64,000 nucleotides of DNA from Gammaproteobacteria bacterium (GCA_965243395.1 CBDEUS010000002.1:378022-442021), one strand, 5' to 3'; positions 17,094 through 29,192 are shown, counted from the first letter of the stretch. The notes: generated from the letters alone by a model not told the origin. Program-made: numbers and translations.

Positions 17094-17949
17094 ATTCATG
17101 TTTTCTAACACTAGACTTACGCCAGGCAAGACCAATTTCGCGATATGATTTATCTTTTAAAACCTTCGTTTGAACTTTAGTGTTCTTTAACAAGCCACTA
17201 TCGATTGCCATTTGTGGAATAAATGTTACGCCTAGGTCACTATCCACCATCTGTATAAGACTGTATAGACCACTGGCGGAAAATTTACTTATCTTTGCTT
17301 TGCGTCCCAAACTGCAGGCACTCAATGCATGATCACGCAAGCAATGCCCATCTTCTAATAATAATATCGCTTCTTTATTAAGTTTGTTTGGTGAAAAATT
17401 ATCTGGGTCAATCAATACTGTATCTTTTTTATATGCGAGCTTGAATGGGTCATTATAAATTGATGTGGTTTCGGTATTCTTAAGATCGAATGGAAGAGCA
17501 AGTAAAAGTAAATCTAGTTCGCCATCTAGTAATAATTCGTGAATTTTTTTTGTTTGTTCTTCTTTTAGGTAAAGCTCTAATTTAGGAAATTTCTTGCGAA
17601 TTTTTGGCAAAATCTTGGGTAATAAGAAAGGTGCAATAGTCGGTATTACACCCATTTTAAGCACTCCGCTTAGAGGTTCTTGTACAGATTTTGCGATATC
17701 GACGATTCCTTCAATATCAAAAATAGCTAACCGCGCTTGTTGTGCTACCAGCTTTCCTGCAGAGGTAAACACCACGCTACGGTTGGTGCGATCAACCAAG
17801 CAAACATTCAATAATTCCTCTAGATCCTTAATGGCTACACTAAATGCTGACTGGGTAACAAAACACGCCTCGGCTGCCCGGCCAAAATGCAAGTGCTTTT
17901 CCAGAGCAATCAAGTAGCGAAGTTGTTTAACAGTGGGGAGATTAGCCAT
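17050..17949 (-). CDS. oxyR: LysR-type hydrogen-peroxide-sensing regulator OxyR
   Basis: N-terminal LysR HTH domain. Redox-Cys motif LLEDGHCLRDHALSAC corresponds to E. coli OxyR EDGHCLRDQA..FC (C199/C208). Confidence 0.85.
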   Translation of the reverse strand: MANLPTVKQLRYLIALEKHLHFGRAAEACFVTQSAFSVAIKDLEELLNVCLVDRTNRSVVFTSAGKLVAQQARLAIFDIEGIVDIAKSVQEPLSGVLKMGVIPTIAPFLLPKILPKIRKKFPKLELYLKEEQTKKIHELLLDGELDLLLLALPFDLKNTETTSIYNDPFKLAYKKDTVLIDPDNFSPNKLNKEAILLLEDGHCLRDHALSACSLGRKAKISKFSASGLYSLIQMVDSDLGVTFIPQMAIDSGLLKNTKVQTKVLKDKSYREIGLAWRKSSVRKHEFKLLADVILECAGK

Positions 17950-18044
17950 CTATAAAAACGATTACTATCATATAAATAATGAAATTTACTTATAGCAAGA
18001 ATTGCTTAAGATAGCTAGCCATAGAAACTAGGTTAAAGGATTTT

Positions 18045-18143
18045 CATTGCTCTGATGTGTAATTTATAAAACTCTGAAGATACTCCTCCCTCCCAACTCC
18101 CTATTTTCTTTAGATATTACATCCATCAGAGCAATGTTTTTTT
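18045..18143 (+). ncRNA. candidate small RNA 3' module: long stem-loop with a CU-rich loop plus a T7 tract, divergent from oxyR
   Basis: CATTGCTCTGATG (18045-18057) pairs perfectly with CATCAGAGCAATG (18124-18136). Extended by TGTAAT/ATTACA and TCTGAAGA/TCTTTAGA. Apical loop TACTCCTCCCTCCCAACTCCCTATT. Seven Ts at 18137-18143 occur only in the plus orientation. No plus-strand gene lies upstream. No promoter identified. Confidence 0.3.
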
Positions 18144-18149
18144 AAGCCT

Positions 18150-18707
18150 TTACTGTTGAGACTCCATGACTTGCTGTGCTCGTTCAACGTAATCTTGATA
18201 AGCGGGAATCGCAATTGCGGCCAATATTCCAATCAAGAATAATGGAACAATCAGTCCTGTAATAATCAACAGTGGTGAATTCTTTTCAGGTTGCAAGCCA
18301 TAGTTATTTGATCCCTTTGTACCAGGCCATAAAAGAACATAAAGGCCAAAGATGATTCCAACAATAGGTATAAATATAAATAACTGCCACCAACCGCTCT
18401 TATCTAAATCATTTAACCTGCGCTTCATTAAAATGATGGAGAAAATTAGTAAGGGTAAATAGAAAACTAGTACAAGTAACACGCCCGCAGTTTCTGAGCC
18501 CCCAGTACTGGACGCGAAAATAGGAATCAAGATCGCAGCCGCTATACCTATAATGACCACCGAAACCATTGTGGCAAGCATTCCATAGGCCAAGTATCTT
18601 AATCTGCCAATTCTGCCATTTACGGCGAATATTTTTGGTTGGTAGGTATCTGATGACGAGGTTGTAGTGACAGACTTCGGGCTTTCATAAGGATTTACAG
18701 CTTCCAT
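18150..18707 (-). CDS. DUF805 (YhaH/YhaI-like) membrane protein with a C-terminal type IV pilin-like hydrophobic helix
   Basis: DUF805 features (GRIGRLRYLAYGML, RRLNDLDKSGWW, GTKGSNNYG). The C-terminus LIGILAAIAIPAYQDYVERAQ matches the conserved pilin alpha-1 segment. Confidence 0.65.
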   Translation of the reverse strand: MEAVNPYESPKSVTTTSSSDTYQPKIFAVNGRIGRLRYLAYGMLATMVSVVIIGIAAAILIPIFASSTGGSETAGVLLVLVFYLPLLIFSIILMKRRLNDLDKSGWWQLFIFIPIVGIIFGLYVLLWPGTKGSNNYGLQPEKNSPLLIITGLIVPLFLIGILAAIAIPAYQDYVERAQQVMESQQ

Positions 18708-18799
18708 AAATCTCTCCTTTTAAATTGGAATGAGAATTTGTTCTAGTTACCTAGAACAAAAGGAATAATACCCTGATTAATCTGCCAACGATGTAATGA

Positions 18800-19384
18800 T
18801 CAGTGAATAATATCCAAAAATTCTAATACTTCATCAGCTGTTGCCCGATCTCCGTGATTATCACTTACTTTTGCAAACTGTATATAGCCATCATGGTCAA
18901 TAACAAACGCCGCGGGATACGCTGTTTCATTTGGATCATTCCATCTAAGTTTTAACTGATTAGTAATTTTATAATCCTGGTCTAAAACAAAAATTAAATT
19001 ATTTGGTAAATCAACTTTTTCTTCTAACGGCGCAGTAAATTCTTTGGCGCGTTTTTCTAAGTTTTTTACTTTACCTGGATAAATAAATACAACCGGTGTA
19101 TTTCTTTGTGCTTCAAATGCTTCAGCTTTGGCAATATACCCAGCAACTTGGGTAGAACAAATTGGGCACTGACTACCAGGAAAGCCGCGCAACATTATTA
19201 ATACGACGGATCCTTTTTCAACTAATTTAGATAACTTGAATTCTGCACCATAGATGGTGGTCCCGGTAATTTCGCCTATTTTGCTGCCTTCTTCAGGACC
19301 TATCTTTAAGTCTTTTGTGTGTGCAATGCTAGACGATAATAGTAATGCGCTTAAAAATATAAAAATATGCATGATTTTTTTCAT
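18800..19384 (-). CDS. secreted AhpC/TSA (redoxin)-family thiol peroxidase-like protein
   Basis: Signal peptide (IFIFLSALLLSSSIAHT). Thioredoxin-fold motif VVLIMLRGFPGSQCPICSTQ. Confidence 0.65.
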   Translation of the reverse strand: MKKIMHIFIFLSALLLSSSIAHTKDLKIGPEEGSKIGEITGTTIYGAEFKLSKLVEKGSVVLIMLRGFPGSQCPICSTQVAGYIAKAEAFEAQRNTPVVFIYPGKVKNLEKRAKEFTAPLEEKVDLPNNLIFVLDQDYKITNQLKLRWNDPNETAYPAAFVIDHDGYIQFAKVSDNHGDRATADEVLEFLDIIH

Positions 19385-19444
19385 AGGATTACCTTAAATT
19401 GTTTACCAATAATCTGATGGCCTTAATCGACAATGGTTCTACCG

Positions 19445-19822
19445 CTAATCAAATCTTTTCAGCTTTTCAATGTTTTGCTCCCAGTTTTTGCCGTCGAACT
19501 GTTCTACTGGGTACGAACTAACATCAAAATCATCTAAACAACGTGCATTTACACTTACACCATTTGGGTGAGATCTTGGAATATAAAAAGACTTAACACC
19601 ACAGATTTTACAAAAATGATGTTTTGCCTCATGTGTGTCAAATGTATATGTAGAATAACTTCCTTCGCCAGTTAACAGTTTAAATTTTTCTTTTGGAACA
19701 ATTAAATGCAGGTAAGCTGTTTTTGAGCAAATGGAACAATTACACTCAACCAAATTAGTGCCCTCAGGTACATCAATTTCAAATTTAATTGCACCACAGT
19801 GACAACCACCTGTATTAATCAT
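19445..19822 (-). CDS. GFA (glutathione-dependent formaldehyde-activating / CENP-V-like) family protein
   Basis: Zinc-Cys pattern GGCHCGAIKFE ... CNCSIC ... CKICG. Confidence 0.75.
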   Translation of the reverse strand: MINTGGCHCGAIKFEIDVPEGTNLVECNCSICSKTAYLHLIVPKEKFKLLTGEGSYSTYTFDTHEAKHHFCKICGVKSFYIPRSHPNGVSVNARCLDDFDVSSYPVEQFDGKNWEQNIEKLKRFD

Positions 19823-20409
19823 GATGCATCTACAGTCATTTTACGCAAAGTTCGATCTTTCTTAACAAAGTGATGATATAAAGCCGCAAGTATATGACCA
19901 AACACTAATAATAGAACGATTAGCTCACCCCCCAGTTCTTTGTGTATATAATCTATCGGTTCTTCAAATTCCTTGAAAGTCATATTCAAACCATTTGTTA
20001 CAAGAGCAGTAAATAATTGAGTACTCTCGAACTTAGTAATATCAAAAAGAAAGAAATATTCTGTATTCACGCCGGTGCCAATATATCCGGTCAACGGCAT
20101 AATAATTATCATGGCATATAACAAATAATGTCCTAATTTCACTGCTATGTGTGCCATTCTGCTACCAGGTTCTTTATCAGGAACACGGTTCATAATGCGC
20201 CAAAGGACACGTAAGGTAACTAACACTCCTATAGTAATACCAACAGAAAGATGTAGTTGTAATGCAGTCCAGTTTTCAGGAGTGTCTTCTACGGTAAACC
20301 AATGACGGTATTTTACCGACGCATATGAACATAAAAATAATACTGCGATGCTCCAATGCAACCATTTTGCAATTGAACCATATGCAAATTGTGAATTTTT
20401 CAGTGCCAC
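19819..20409 (-). CDS. cytochrome b561 family protein
   Basis: KWLHWSIAVLF, four TM helices and conserved His residues (HILAALYHHF). The 3' end overlaps the GFA gene start by 4 nt. Confidence 0.75.
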   Translation of the reverse strand: MALKNSQFAYGSIAKWLHWSIAVLFLCSYASVKYRHWFTVEDTPENWTALQLHLSVGITIGVLVTLRVLWRIMNRVPDKEPGSRMAHIAVKLGHYLLYAMIIIMPLTGYIGTGVNTEYFFLFDITKFESTQLFTALVTNGLNMTFKEFEEPIDYIHKELGGELIVLLLVFGHILAALYHHFVKKDRTLRKMTVDAS

Positions 20410-20454
20410 AGGAGAATTATAAACTCTTGTGTTAGAAATAATACTAAGCGTTTG

Positions 20455-22284
20455 TTATTCGACGGTTACAGACTTTGCAAGGTTTCGAGGTTGATCCACA
20501 TCCGTATCTTTTAGAATTGCAACATGGTAAGCAAGAATTTGTAGTGGGATAGTAAAAATGATGGGCGCTACTGCATTATCAGGCGCATCTACTTCAATCA
20601 CTATGGTATCGGGTTCAGAAACGAATCCTGAACTTACATCCGCGAACACATGTAATACTCCTCCACGCGCACGAACCTCTTCAAGATTTGATTTTAGTTT
20701 TTCAAGTAATTCATCATTGGGCGCAACCGTTATTACAGGTATTTTATCGTCTACTAAGGCAATAGGCCCATGCTTCAATTCACCGGCTGGATAGGCTTCT
20801 GCATGAATATAAGAAATTTCTTTTAACTTTAAAGCACCTTCCATCGCAACAGGGTGATGAATACCTCTGCCTAAAAATAAAGAATGGTTTTTATCTCCAT
20901 AGTGTTTGGCAAGTTTTTTAATGGTCGGGTCAAGCTGAAGTACTTTATTAATACGTGCAGGCAGGTTCATTAGCTGCTCGACAAGAATCTTTTCCAATTC
21001 ATCATGCATACCATGACGTCGCCCAGCGGTAATTACTATGAGTAAGAGTGCCACAAGCTGTGTTGTGAACGCCTTAGTCGATGCAACGCCAATCTCTGGT
21101 CCGGCATGTGTCATAAGGACAAGATCAGATTCACGCACTAATGAGCTTTCTGGCACATTACAAATGGCTAGTGTTCCTATGTAGTCTTCATGTTTTGCCT
21201 GTTGCAATGCTGCAAGTGTATCCGCGGTTTCGCCTGACTGTGAAATCGTCACAAACAAAGTGTTTGCTTGCACTACATGTTTACGATATCGAAACTCACT
21301 GGCCACATCTACATAACATGGAATTCCCGCAAGTTCTTCAAACCAAAATTTCGCGATCAATCCAGCATGATAACTGGTACCGCACGCGACAATTTGGACC
21401 ATTTTAGTTTTGTCTAAAATTTCTTTTGCCTGTGGTCCAAGAATTTGTTCCGCTACCCTTCCACTAATGAGCCTGCCTTCCAAAGTGTCCGAAATGGCTT
21501 GCGGTTGCTCATAGATTTCCTTGAGCATGTAATGCGGGTAGCCACCTTTTTCAGCTGCTTCTGCAGATAGCTTACTTGTTGTAATTTTCCGCTCTGTTTT
21601 TGATCCAGTTTGATCATACACATGAATCGCTTCGCGACTGATCTCTGCTATATCGCCGTTCTCCAAAAAAATAAATTTATTTGTTTCTTTTATTAAAGCT
21701 TGTACATCCGAAGCAATGAAATTCTCTTTTTCACCTATGCCAATCACAAGCGGACTGCCATGTCTTGCCGCAATTAATTTTTCGGGATCATTTTTATCGA
21801 TCACCCCCAACGCGTATGCGCCTTTAATATCGTTTATTGTTTTTTGAACCGATTCAAATAAAGATAAGCCTTGATCCAAATAAAATACAATTTGGTGCGC
21901 AATGACTTCAGTATCTGTGTCAGAAGAAAAATTAAAGCCTTTTTCGATTTGTTGTGCTTTTAATTCTTCAAAGTTTTCAATAATACCGTTGTGCACAATA
22001 GCAACTTGGTTATTAGAGATATGTGGGTGAGCATTGTTTTCTGCCGGCGCTCCATGTGTGGCCCACCGCGTGTGTGCAATGCCAAGCTGGCCAATTAAAG
22101 CGGATTCATCAAGTGCTAAACCTAATTCATTTACTTTACCGGTTTTGCGAATTCGTTTTAGTTCGCCATCCATTAATATCGCCATTCCGGCAGAATCATA
22201 GCCGCGATATTCCAGTCGACGCAGCCCTTCTAGTAATACTGGCGATACATCTCGATTAGATATGGCTCCAACAATTCCACACAT
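20455..22284 (-). CDS. glmS: glutamine--fructose-6-phosphate aminotransferase
   Basis: MCGIVGA N-terminus, two SIS domains, C-terminal KSVTVE. Confidence 0.97.
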   Translation of the reverse strand: MCGIVGAISNRDVSPVLLEGLRRLEYRGYDSAGMAILMDGELKRIRKTGKVNELGLALDESALIGQLGIAHTRWATHGAPAENNAHPHISNNQVAIVHNGIIENFEELKAQQIEKGFNFSSDTDTEVIAHQIVFYLDQGLSLFESVQKTINDIKGAYALGVIDKNDPEKLIAARHGSPLVIGIGEKENFIASDVQALIKETNKFIFLENGDIAEISREAIHVYDQTGSKTERKITTSKLSAEAAEKGGYPHYMLKEIYEQPQAISDTLEGRLISGRVAEQILGPQAKEILDKTKMVQIVACGTSYHAGLIAKFWFEELAGIPCYVDVASEFRYRKHVVQANTLFVTISQSGETADTLAALQQAKHEDYIGTLAICNVPESSLVRESDLVLMTHAGPEIGVASTKAFTTQLVALLLIVITAGRRHGMHDELEKILVEQLMNLPARINKVLQLDPTIKKLAKHYGDKNHSLFLGRGIHHPVAMEGALKLKEISYIHAEAYPAGELKHGPIALVDDKIPVITVAPNDELLEKLKSNLEEVRARGGVLHVFADVSSGFVSEPDTIVIEVDAPDNAVAPIIFTIPLQILAYHVAILKDTDVDQPRNLAKSVTVE

Positions 22285-22309
22285 GATTCAATAAGTATAC
22301 TCGCTTAGT

Positions 22310-23671
22310 TTAATTATTTTTTTTAGGGCGCTGCCAACTATCAATGGTAATTTGTTTGCTGCGCGACAAGGTTAATTTTTCTTTAGGAGTATCTTTAGTA
22401 ATGGTAGATCCCGCTCCTATCGTTGCGCCATCGCCTATATTTACTGGAGCAACAAATTGCGTATCTGAACCTACAAATACATTGTTGCCAATCGTGGTGC
22501 GATATTTGTTTGCTCCATCATAATTACAGGTAATAGTACCGGCACCAATGTTTACGCCTTTACCAATTTCACTATCGCCTATGTAGCTCAGGTGGTTAAT
22601 TTTGCTGCCAGATTTTACCTCGGATTTTTTCATCTCAACAAAATTGCCTACTTTAACCTGTTCAGCTAATACGGTTTCAGGGCGAATACGCGCAAACGGA
22701 CCAAGTTCGCATCGTTCACCTATAATGGAGTTTTCAATATGGCAATTTGCATGAATTTTAGTGGCTGCTTTTATCTTTGAATTAATTATCACAGCATTTG
22801 CACCAATATAAACACCATCCCCCAATTCATTGTCACCAATAAATACTGTATTGACATCGATTTCGACGTCTTTCCCTGTAGATAATTTACCCCGCACATC
22901 AATACGCGTGGGATCAATAAGAGTTACTCCATTATGCATGAGTTGATTGGCTATTTGACTTTGTAAAACTCTTTCGACATACGCAAGATGTTGTTTGTTA
23001 TTTACACCAAGAACTTCTTCCTCATTATCGCAAATAATTGCTTCAACCGAAGCTTGGTCACTTATAGCCCGTTCAACACAATCTGTTAAATAAAATTCTT
23101 TTTGAGCGTTTTGATTATTAATATTCGATAACCAATGTTTCAATTTAGCTGCATTGCTCGCAAGTATGCCGCTGTTGATTTCATTAATCTTTAATATCTC
23201 ATCATTTGCATCTTTTTGCTCAACTATACATTTTAGTTTACCGTCTTTGCGCACTATGCGTCCGTAACCTGTTGGATCATTTAGTTTGGCAGATAAAATT
23301 GACAATTGATGTTTCGATAAACTATCAATAAGCATTTGCAAAGTTTCTGTTCTTAATAAGGGGACATCACCATATAAAATTAAAATATTTTGCTTATCGT
23401 CAATACTTGGTAATGCTTGTTGCACAGCGTGACCCGTTCCCAATTGTTCACTTTGCAAACACCAATTTATTTTTTCATCGGAAAATGCAGTTTGCACCAG
23501 ATCAGCTCCATGCCCTACAACAACATGAATAGTATTTGGTGTTAATTGCTTTGCAGTATTAATTACATATTCGAGCATAGGCTTACCGGATACTTTATGT
23601 AGCACTTTTGGTAAGTCGCTATGCATACGTATGCCTGCACCGGCAGCAAGAATGATGACTTCTAGTCCCAT
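22310..23671 (-). CDS. glmU: bifunctional UDP-N-acetylglucosamine pyrophosphorylase / glucosamine-1-phosphate N-acetyltransferase
   Basis: ILAAGAGIRM nucleotidyltransferase motif and C-terminal hexapeptide repeats. Conserved position between atpC and glmS. Confidence 0.95.
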   Translation of the reverse strand: MGLEVIILAAGAGIRMHSDLPKVLHKVSGKPMLEYVINTAKQLTPNTIHVVVGHGADLVQTAFSDEKINWCLQSEQLGTGHAVQQALPSIDDKQNILILYGDVPLLRTETLQMLIDSLSKHQLSILSAKLNDPTGYGRIVRKDGKLKCIVEQKDANDEILKINEINSGILASNAAKLKHWLSNINNQNAQKEFYLTDCVERAISDQASVEAIICDNEEEVLGVNNKQHLAYVERVLQSQIANQLMHNGVTLIDPTRIDVRGKLSTGKDVEIDVNTVFIGDNELGDGVYIGANAVIINSKIKAATKIHANCHIENSIIGERCELGPFARIRPETVLAEQVKVGNFVEMKKSEVKSGSKINHLSYIGDSEIGKGVNIGAGTITCNYDGANKYRTTIGNNVFVGSDTQFVAPVNIGDGATIGAGSTITKDTPKEKLTLSRSKQITIDSWQRPKKNN

Positions 23672-23842
23672 ATTGGCTCTAATTTTTTTCCAAGAATTGT
23701 TTCTTTATAAACCGTAACATTACTTACTGTTATTAGAGTGTATGCTAGCGCAGTATATAAAGGGAAAGCTTTATTTGAACAGCTGTGGAATTCAGCGGAT
23801 AGAATTCCCTGTAAAGTCGTAAGAAGTTGTTTTAATTGAAAA

Positions 23843-24265
23843 TTATTTGCGAATCTTGCGCATGCGTTCAATCATGCGTAATTGCTCTGCGGCTCTGATC
23901 AACTCAGCTTGCGCTTTAGCTGCATCAAAGTCCCCTTTCTGGTCTTTCAATGCCTCTTCGGCACGCTGCTTGGCTTCTAGTGCTTTGGCTTCATCAAGAT
24001 CTTCTGCACGGATAGCGGTATCGGAAAGCACTGTAACGACATGCGGTTGCACTTCGAGTATGCCACCTGATACATACAAATATTGGTCTTCTTGACCATC
24101 GATTTCAATTTTCAATTCACCAGGTCGCAATCCAGTTACTAATGGTGTGTGTCTTGGATATATCCCAACATCGCCCATCTGGGCCGGTGCAAATACAGCA
24201 TTGATCGTGCCGGAGAAAAGTTCTTTCTCGGCACTTACCACATCTAAATGCATGGTCATGGACAT
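23843..24265 (-). CDS. atpC: F1 ATP synthase epsilon subunit
   Basis: Sequence and operon position. Confidence 0.93.
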   Translation of the reverse strand: MSMTMHLDVVSAEKELFSGTINAVFAPAQMGDVGIYPRHTPLVTGLRPGELKIEIDGQEDQYLYVSGGILEVQPHVVTVLSDTAIRAEDLDEAKALEAKQRAEEALKDQKGDFDAAKAQAELIRAAEQLRMIERMRKIRK

Positions 24266-24267
24266 AT

Positions 24268-25650
<1,383 letters not shown>

Positions 25651-25684
25651 TTATCCTCTTTAACTGTATTTTAAAAATAAACTA

Positions 25685-26548
25685 TTAAACCGCAGCAGCA
25701 CCGCCAACGATTTCTGAAATTTCTTGTGTAATTGCCGCTTGGCGTGCTTTGTTATAGGCAAGTTGCAACTCGGAAATAAGTTCGCCTGCATTGTCTGAAG
25801 CACTTTTCATCGCAATCATTCTCGCTGCCATCTCGCATGCAACATTTTCTACTACACTTTGATAAACAATCGACTCTGTATAGCGTGTTAGTAATCCATC
25901 TAATACTTCTTTTGCATCAGGTTCATAAATGTAATCCCAATGATGCTTCAGCTCGTCATTATCTTCAGGTTCTAAAGGTAACAAAGTAGAAACTTTTGGT
26001 TTTTGTGTCATGGTATTTACAAATTCATTTTCAACCAAAAATACACGGTCCAGATTACCTTCCGTATAAGCGTCTAACACTGCTTTAATAGTGCCAATCA
26101 ACTCATTCAAGTGAACCTCATCACCAAGATGTGATACCTGAGAAAGTACGTGCGAACCAAACTTTTTAAAGAACTGTGTACTCTTTGCACCAATTAAACA
26201 AAAATCGATTTCAATATTTTTTTCCTGCCATTGCTGCATATGCTTTATTGCTGCTTTAAAGGCATTGATATTGAGTCCGCCACATAAACCTCGATCAGTA
26301 GACACAATAATATAGCCGACTCTTTTTACATCAGTATGCTCTATTAGAAACGGGTGACTGTATTCAGTATTTGCATTGGCGAGGTGTCCGATTACATTCA
26401 GCATTTTTTGGGAATAGGGCCGTGTTGCATTCATACGATCTTGCGCACGACGCATTTTACTCGCGGCAACCATTTCCATGGCTTTAGTGATCTTTTGAGT
26501 ATTTTTAATACTCGCAATCTGTGTTCGTATTTCTTTTTCGTTAGCCAT
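25685..26548 (-). CDS. atpG: F1 ATP synthase gamma subunit
   Basis: Sequence and operon position. Confidence 0.95.
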   Translation of the reverse strand: MANEKEIRTQIASIKNTQKITKAMEMVAASKMRRAQDRMNATRPYSQKMLNVIGHLANANTEYSHPFLIEHTDVKRVGYIIVSTDRGLCGGLNINAFKAAIKHMQQWQEKNIEIDFCLIGAKSTQFFKKFGSHVLSQVSHLGDEVHLNELIGTIKAVLDAYTEGNLDRVFLVENEFVNTMTQKPKVSTLLPLEPEDNDELKHHWDYIYEPDAKEVLDGLLTRYTESIVYQSVVENVACEMAARMIAMKSASDNAGELISELQLAYNKARQAAITQEISEIVGGAAAV

Positions 26549-26581
26549 ACTGTTAAATTAAATAATTATTTCGCAGATGAT

Positions 26582-28123
26582 TTACCAAGTCCCTTTGGCT
26601 TTGAAGTCTTCAACTGCATTCTTTAGTGCAGCTTCAATTTCATCACTGTAATCACCCGTATCATTAATATTATCAAGCATGTCTTTATGTTGTGATCGCA
26701 TAAAATCGTGCATGGCTTTTTCAAAGTCCACTACCTTAGTTACTTCAACATCATCAACATAGCCTTGGTCTACAGCAAATAAAGAAACAGCCATTTCAGC
26801 AATGGTTAAAGGTGAGTACTGCAATTGCTTCATTAATTCCATTACGCGCTCACCACGCTCTAACTGTTTACGTGTTTGCTCATCAAGGTCAGATGCAAAC
26901 TGCGAGAATGCCGCAAGCTCACGATATTGGGCTAGGGCGAGTCGCACACCACCGCCAAGCTTTTTAATAATTTTTGTTTGTGCTGCACCACCTACTCGGG
27001 ATACGGATAAACCTGCATTAATCGCTGGACGAAAACCTGAATTAAACAAATCCGATTCCAAAAAGATTTGTCCGTCGGTAATTGAAATTACATTTGTTGG
27101 TACAAAGGCTGATACGTCACCCGCTTGCGTTTCAATAATGGGTAGTGCAGTGAGTGACCCTGTTTGTCCTTTAACTTCTCCGTTAGTAAACGCTTCTACA
27201 TATTCTGCATTCACACGGGAAGCGCGCTCTAATAAACGAGAATGTAAATAGAAGACGTCACCTGGATAAGCTTCTCGACCCGGCGGTCGTCTTAACAATA
27301 AAGATACTTGTCGATACGCCCATGCTTGCTTAGTTAAATCATCATAAATAATCAAAGCATCTTCGCCACGGTCGCGGAAATATTCGCCCATGGAACAACC
27401 CGAGTAAGGCGCAATGTATTGCATCGCTGCAGATTCTGAGGCACTGGCGGAGACAATAATTGTGTGCTCCATTGCGCCGTGTTCTTCAAGTTTGCGTACT
27501 ACGTTGGCAACTGATGAATTTTTCTGGCCAATAGCAACGTAAATACATTTAATGCCAGTGCCTTTTTGGTTAATGATGGCATCAATAGCTACGGCAGTTT
27601 TACCGGTTTGACGATCACCAATAATCAATTCGCGTTGGCCGCGACCAATAGGCACCATGGAGTCAATGGATTTCAAGCCGGTTTGCACAGGCTGGCTTAC
27701 AGACTGACGTTCGATTACACCCGGTGCAATTTTTTCTATCGGGGAACTAAGTGATGCATTGACTGGACCTTTACCATCAATCGGTTCACCAAGCGAGTTC
27801 ACAACCCGGCCTAACATCTCGGGACCTACGGGCACTTCAAGAATACGGCCGGTGCAAGAAACTTTGTCGCCTTCAACAATATGTTTGTAATCACCTAATA
27901 CAACGGCACCGACCGAATCACGTTCTAAGTTAAGCGCCATTCCAAAAGTGTTTTGTGGAAATTCCAACATCTCGCCCGCCATAACATCTGCAAGACCATG
28001 AATACGTACAATACCGTCGGTCACACCAACAACTGTGCCTTCAGTTCGCGCTTCAGCTACCGCTTCAAAATTTTCAATGCGGCTTTTTATAAGTTCACTA
28101 ATTTCAGTTGGGTTAAGTTGCAT
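26582..28123 (-). CDS. atpA: F1 ATP synthase alpha subunit
   Basis: Walker A GDRQTGKT. Alpha subunit motifs. Confidence 0.98.
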   Translation of the reverse strand: MQLNPTEISELIKSRIENFEAVAEARTEGTVVGVTDGIVRIHGLADVMAGEMLEFPQNTFGMALNLERDSVGAVVLGDYKHIVEGDKVSCTGRILEVPVGPEMLGRVVNSLGEPIDGKGPVNASLSSPIEKIAPGVIERQSVSQPVQTGLKSIDSMVPIGRGQRELIIGDRQTGKTAVAIDAIINQKGTGIKCIYVAIGQKNSSVANVVRKLEEHGAMEHTIIVSASASESAAMQYIAPYSGCSMGEYFRDRGEDALIIYDDLTKQAWAYRQVSLLLRRPPGREAYPGDVFYLHSRLLERASRVNAEYVEAFTNGEVKGQTGSLTALPIIETQAGDVSAFVPTNVISITDGQIFLESDLFNSGFRPAINAGLSVSRVGGAAQTKIIKKLGGGVRLALAQYRELAAFSQFASDLDEQTRKQLERGERVMELMKQLQYSPLTIAEMAVSLFAVDQGYVDDVEVTKVVDFEKAMHDFMRSQHKDMLDNINDTGDYSDEIEAALKNAVEDFKAKGTW

Positions 28124-28175
28124 TTCTTTGTTCCTCTTTTGTACCCAAGTACTAAATAAATTATTTAATGTTTAA

Positions 28176-28712
28176 TTAATTTGTAAGCGCAGTAGATAGT
28201 TTTTCTAAACGACCACTAACAGATCCATCAATTACTAAGTCTCCAGCACGAATTATCGCGCCACCAATAAGTGATGCATCAATTTTAGAGGTAAGCCGTA
28301 CCTCTTTGCCTAAACGATTTTTAAGTGAGGCAGTAATTTTAGCTAGTTGTGACTCACTTACTTCACTTGCAGAAATAACTTCTGCCTCTATAGTTCCTTC
28401 AGCTTCAGCGCGGTAGTGTTCATACAACGCGGTAATTTCGGGTAATAATTTTAGACGATCATTCTCCGCCAACAGCTTGATAAAATTTTTGCCACGTTGA
28501 TCAATTTTTTCTTCACAAACAGAGATAAACATTTCAGCTGCTTGGTTTTGTGAAAGTCTTGGGCTATCTAATAAAGCCGTCATTGTAGGGTCATGTGCTA
28601 CTGCTGCCATAAAGCCCAACATGTCTGTCCATTTTTGTTGCTCACCATTAGCCTTGGCAATATCAAATGCCGCTCTTGCATACGGTCTAGCTGCTGTAGT
28701 GAGTTCTGACAT
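28176..28712 (-). CDS. atpH: F1 ATP synthase delta subunit
   Basis: Sequence and operon position. Confidence 0.92.
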   Translation of the reverse strand: MSELTTAARPYARAAFDIAKANGEQQKWTDMLGFMAAVAHDPTMTALLDSPRLSQNQAAEMFISVCEEKIDQRGKNFIKLLAENDRLKLLPEITALYEHYRAEAEGTIEAEVISASEVSESQLAKITASLKNRLGKEVRLTSKIDASLIGGAIIRAGDLVIDGSVSGRLEKLSTALTN

Positions 28713-28721
28713 ATCGCTTAT

Positions 28722-29192
28722 TTAAATTTGTGTAGCTAAGTCATCAAGAATGTCTTGATGCGTATCAGCATTAATCTCTTTCTTCAAAATTCGCTCAGCA
28801 CCCGCAACTGCAATGGTAGAAACCTGTGCGCGCAATTGTTCTTTGGCACGGTTTACTTCTTTTTCTACTTCGGCATGTGCAGCTTCTTTAATGCGATTAC
28901 CTTCTTCAACGGCAACAGATTTAGCGCCTTCAACTATTTCAGTCGCACGCTTTTGTGCTTGGCCAAGAATATCGGATGCTTGTTGTTTTGCTTCAGCAAG
29001 TTGTTTTGCGGCATTTTCTTCTGCAAGTTCTTGCTGTTTCATGCCACGTTCAGCTTCAGCTAAACCATCAGCGATTTTCTTTTTGCGTTCATCTAATGCG
29101 GCCATGATAGGAGGCCAAACAACTTTCATACAAAAAATAACGAACACCGCAAATGCTATCGATTGGCCAATAAGAGTTAAGTTAATGTTCAT
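28722..29192 (-). CDS. atpF: Fo ATP synthase b subunit
   Basis: N-terminal TM helix plus a long charged helix. Operon position. Confidence 0.92.
   Translation of the reverse strand: MNINLTLIGQSIAFAVFVIFCMKVVWPPIMAALDERKKKIADGLAEAERGMKQQELAEENAAKQLAEAKQQASDILGQAQKRATEIVEGAKSVAVEEGNRIKEAAHAEVEKEVNRAKEQLRAQVSTIAVAGAERILKKEINADTHQDILDDLATQI

Noticed and set aside
17980-18040. A full OxyR operator (ATAG-N7-CTAT-N7-ATAG-N7-CTAT) upstream of oxyR.
   Set aside because: Three ATAG cores are present, but the spacing and the CTAT partners do not fit the consensus. I report this only as a hint.
23662-23871. A 69-aa ORF spanning the atpC-glmU spacer.
   Set aside because: It overlaps both the atpC 3' end and the glmU 5' end, shows no motifs, and is more likely promoter or spacer DNA.
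26802-27251. A 149-aa plus-strand ORF inside atpA. Similar antisense ORFs occur at 44193-44771 in gyrB, 40161-40607 and 39447-39827 in dnaA, 28813-29196 in atpF, 15138-15455 in katG and 57800-58129 in coaBC.
   Set aside because: All lie fully antisense to strongly conserved genes. Their composition is low-complexity or biased, they have no recognisable motifs, and they have no independent RBS context. They are shadow ORFs.
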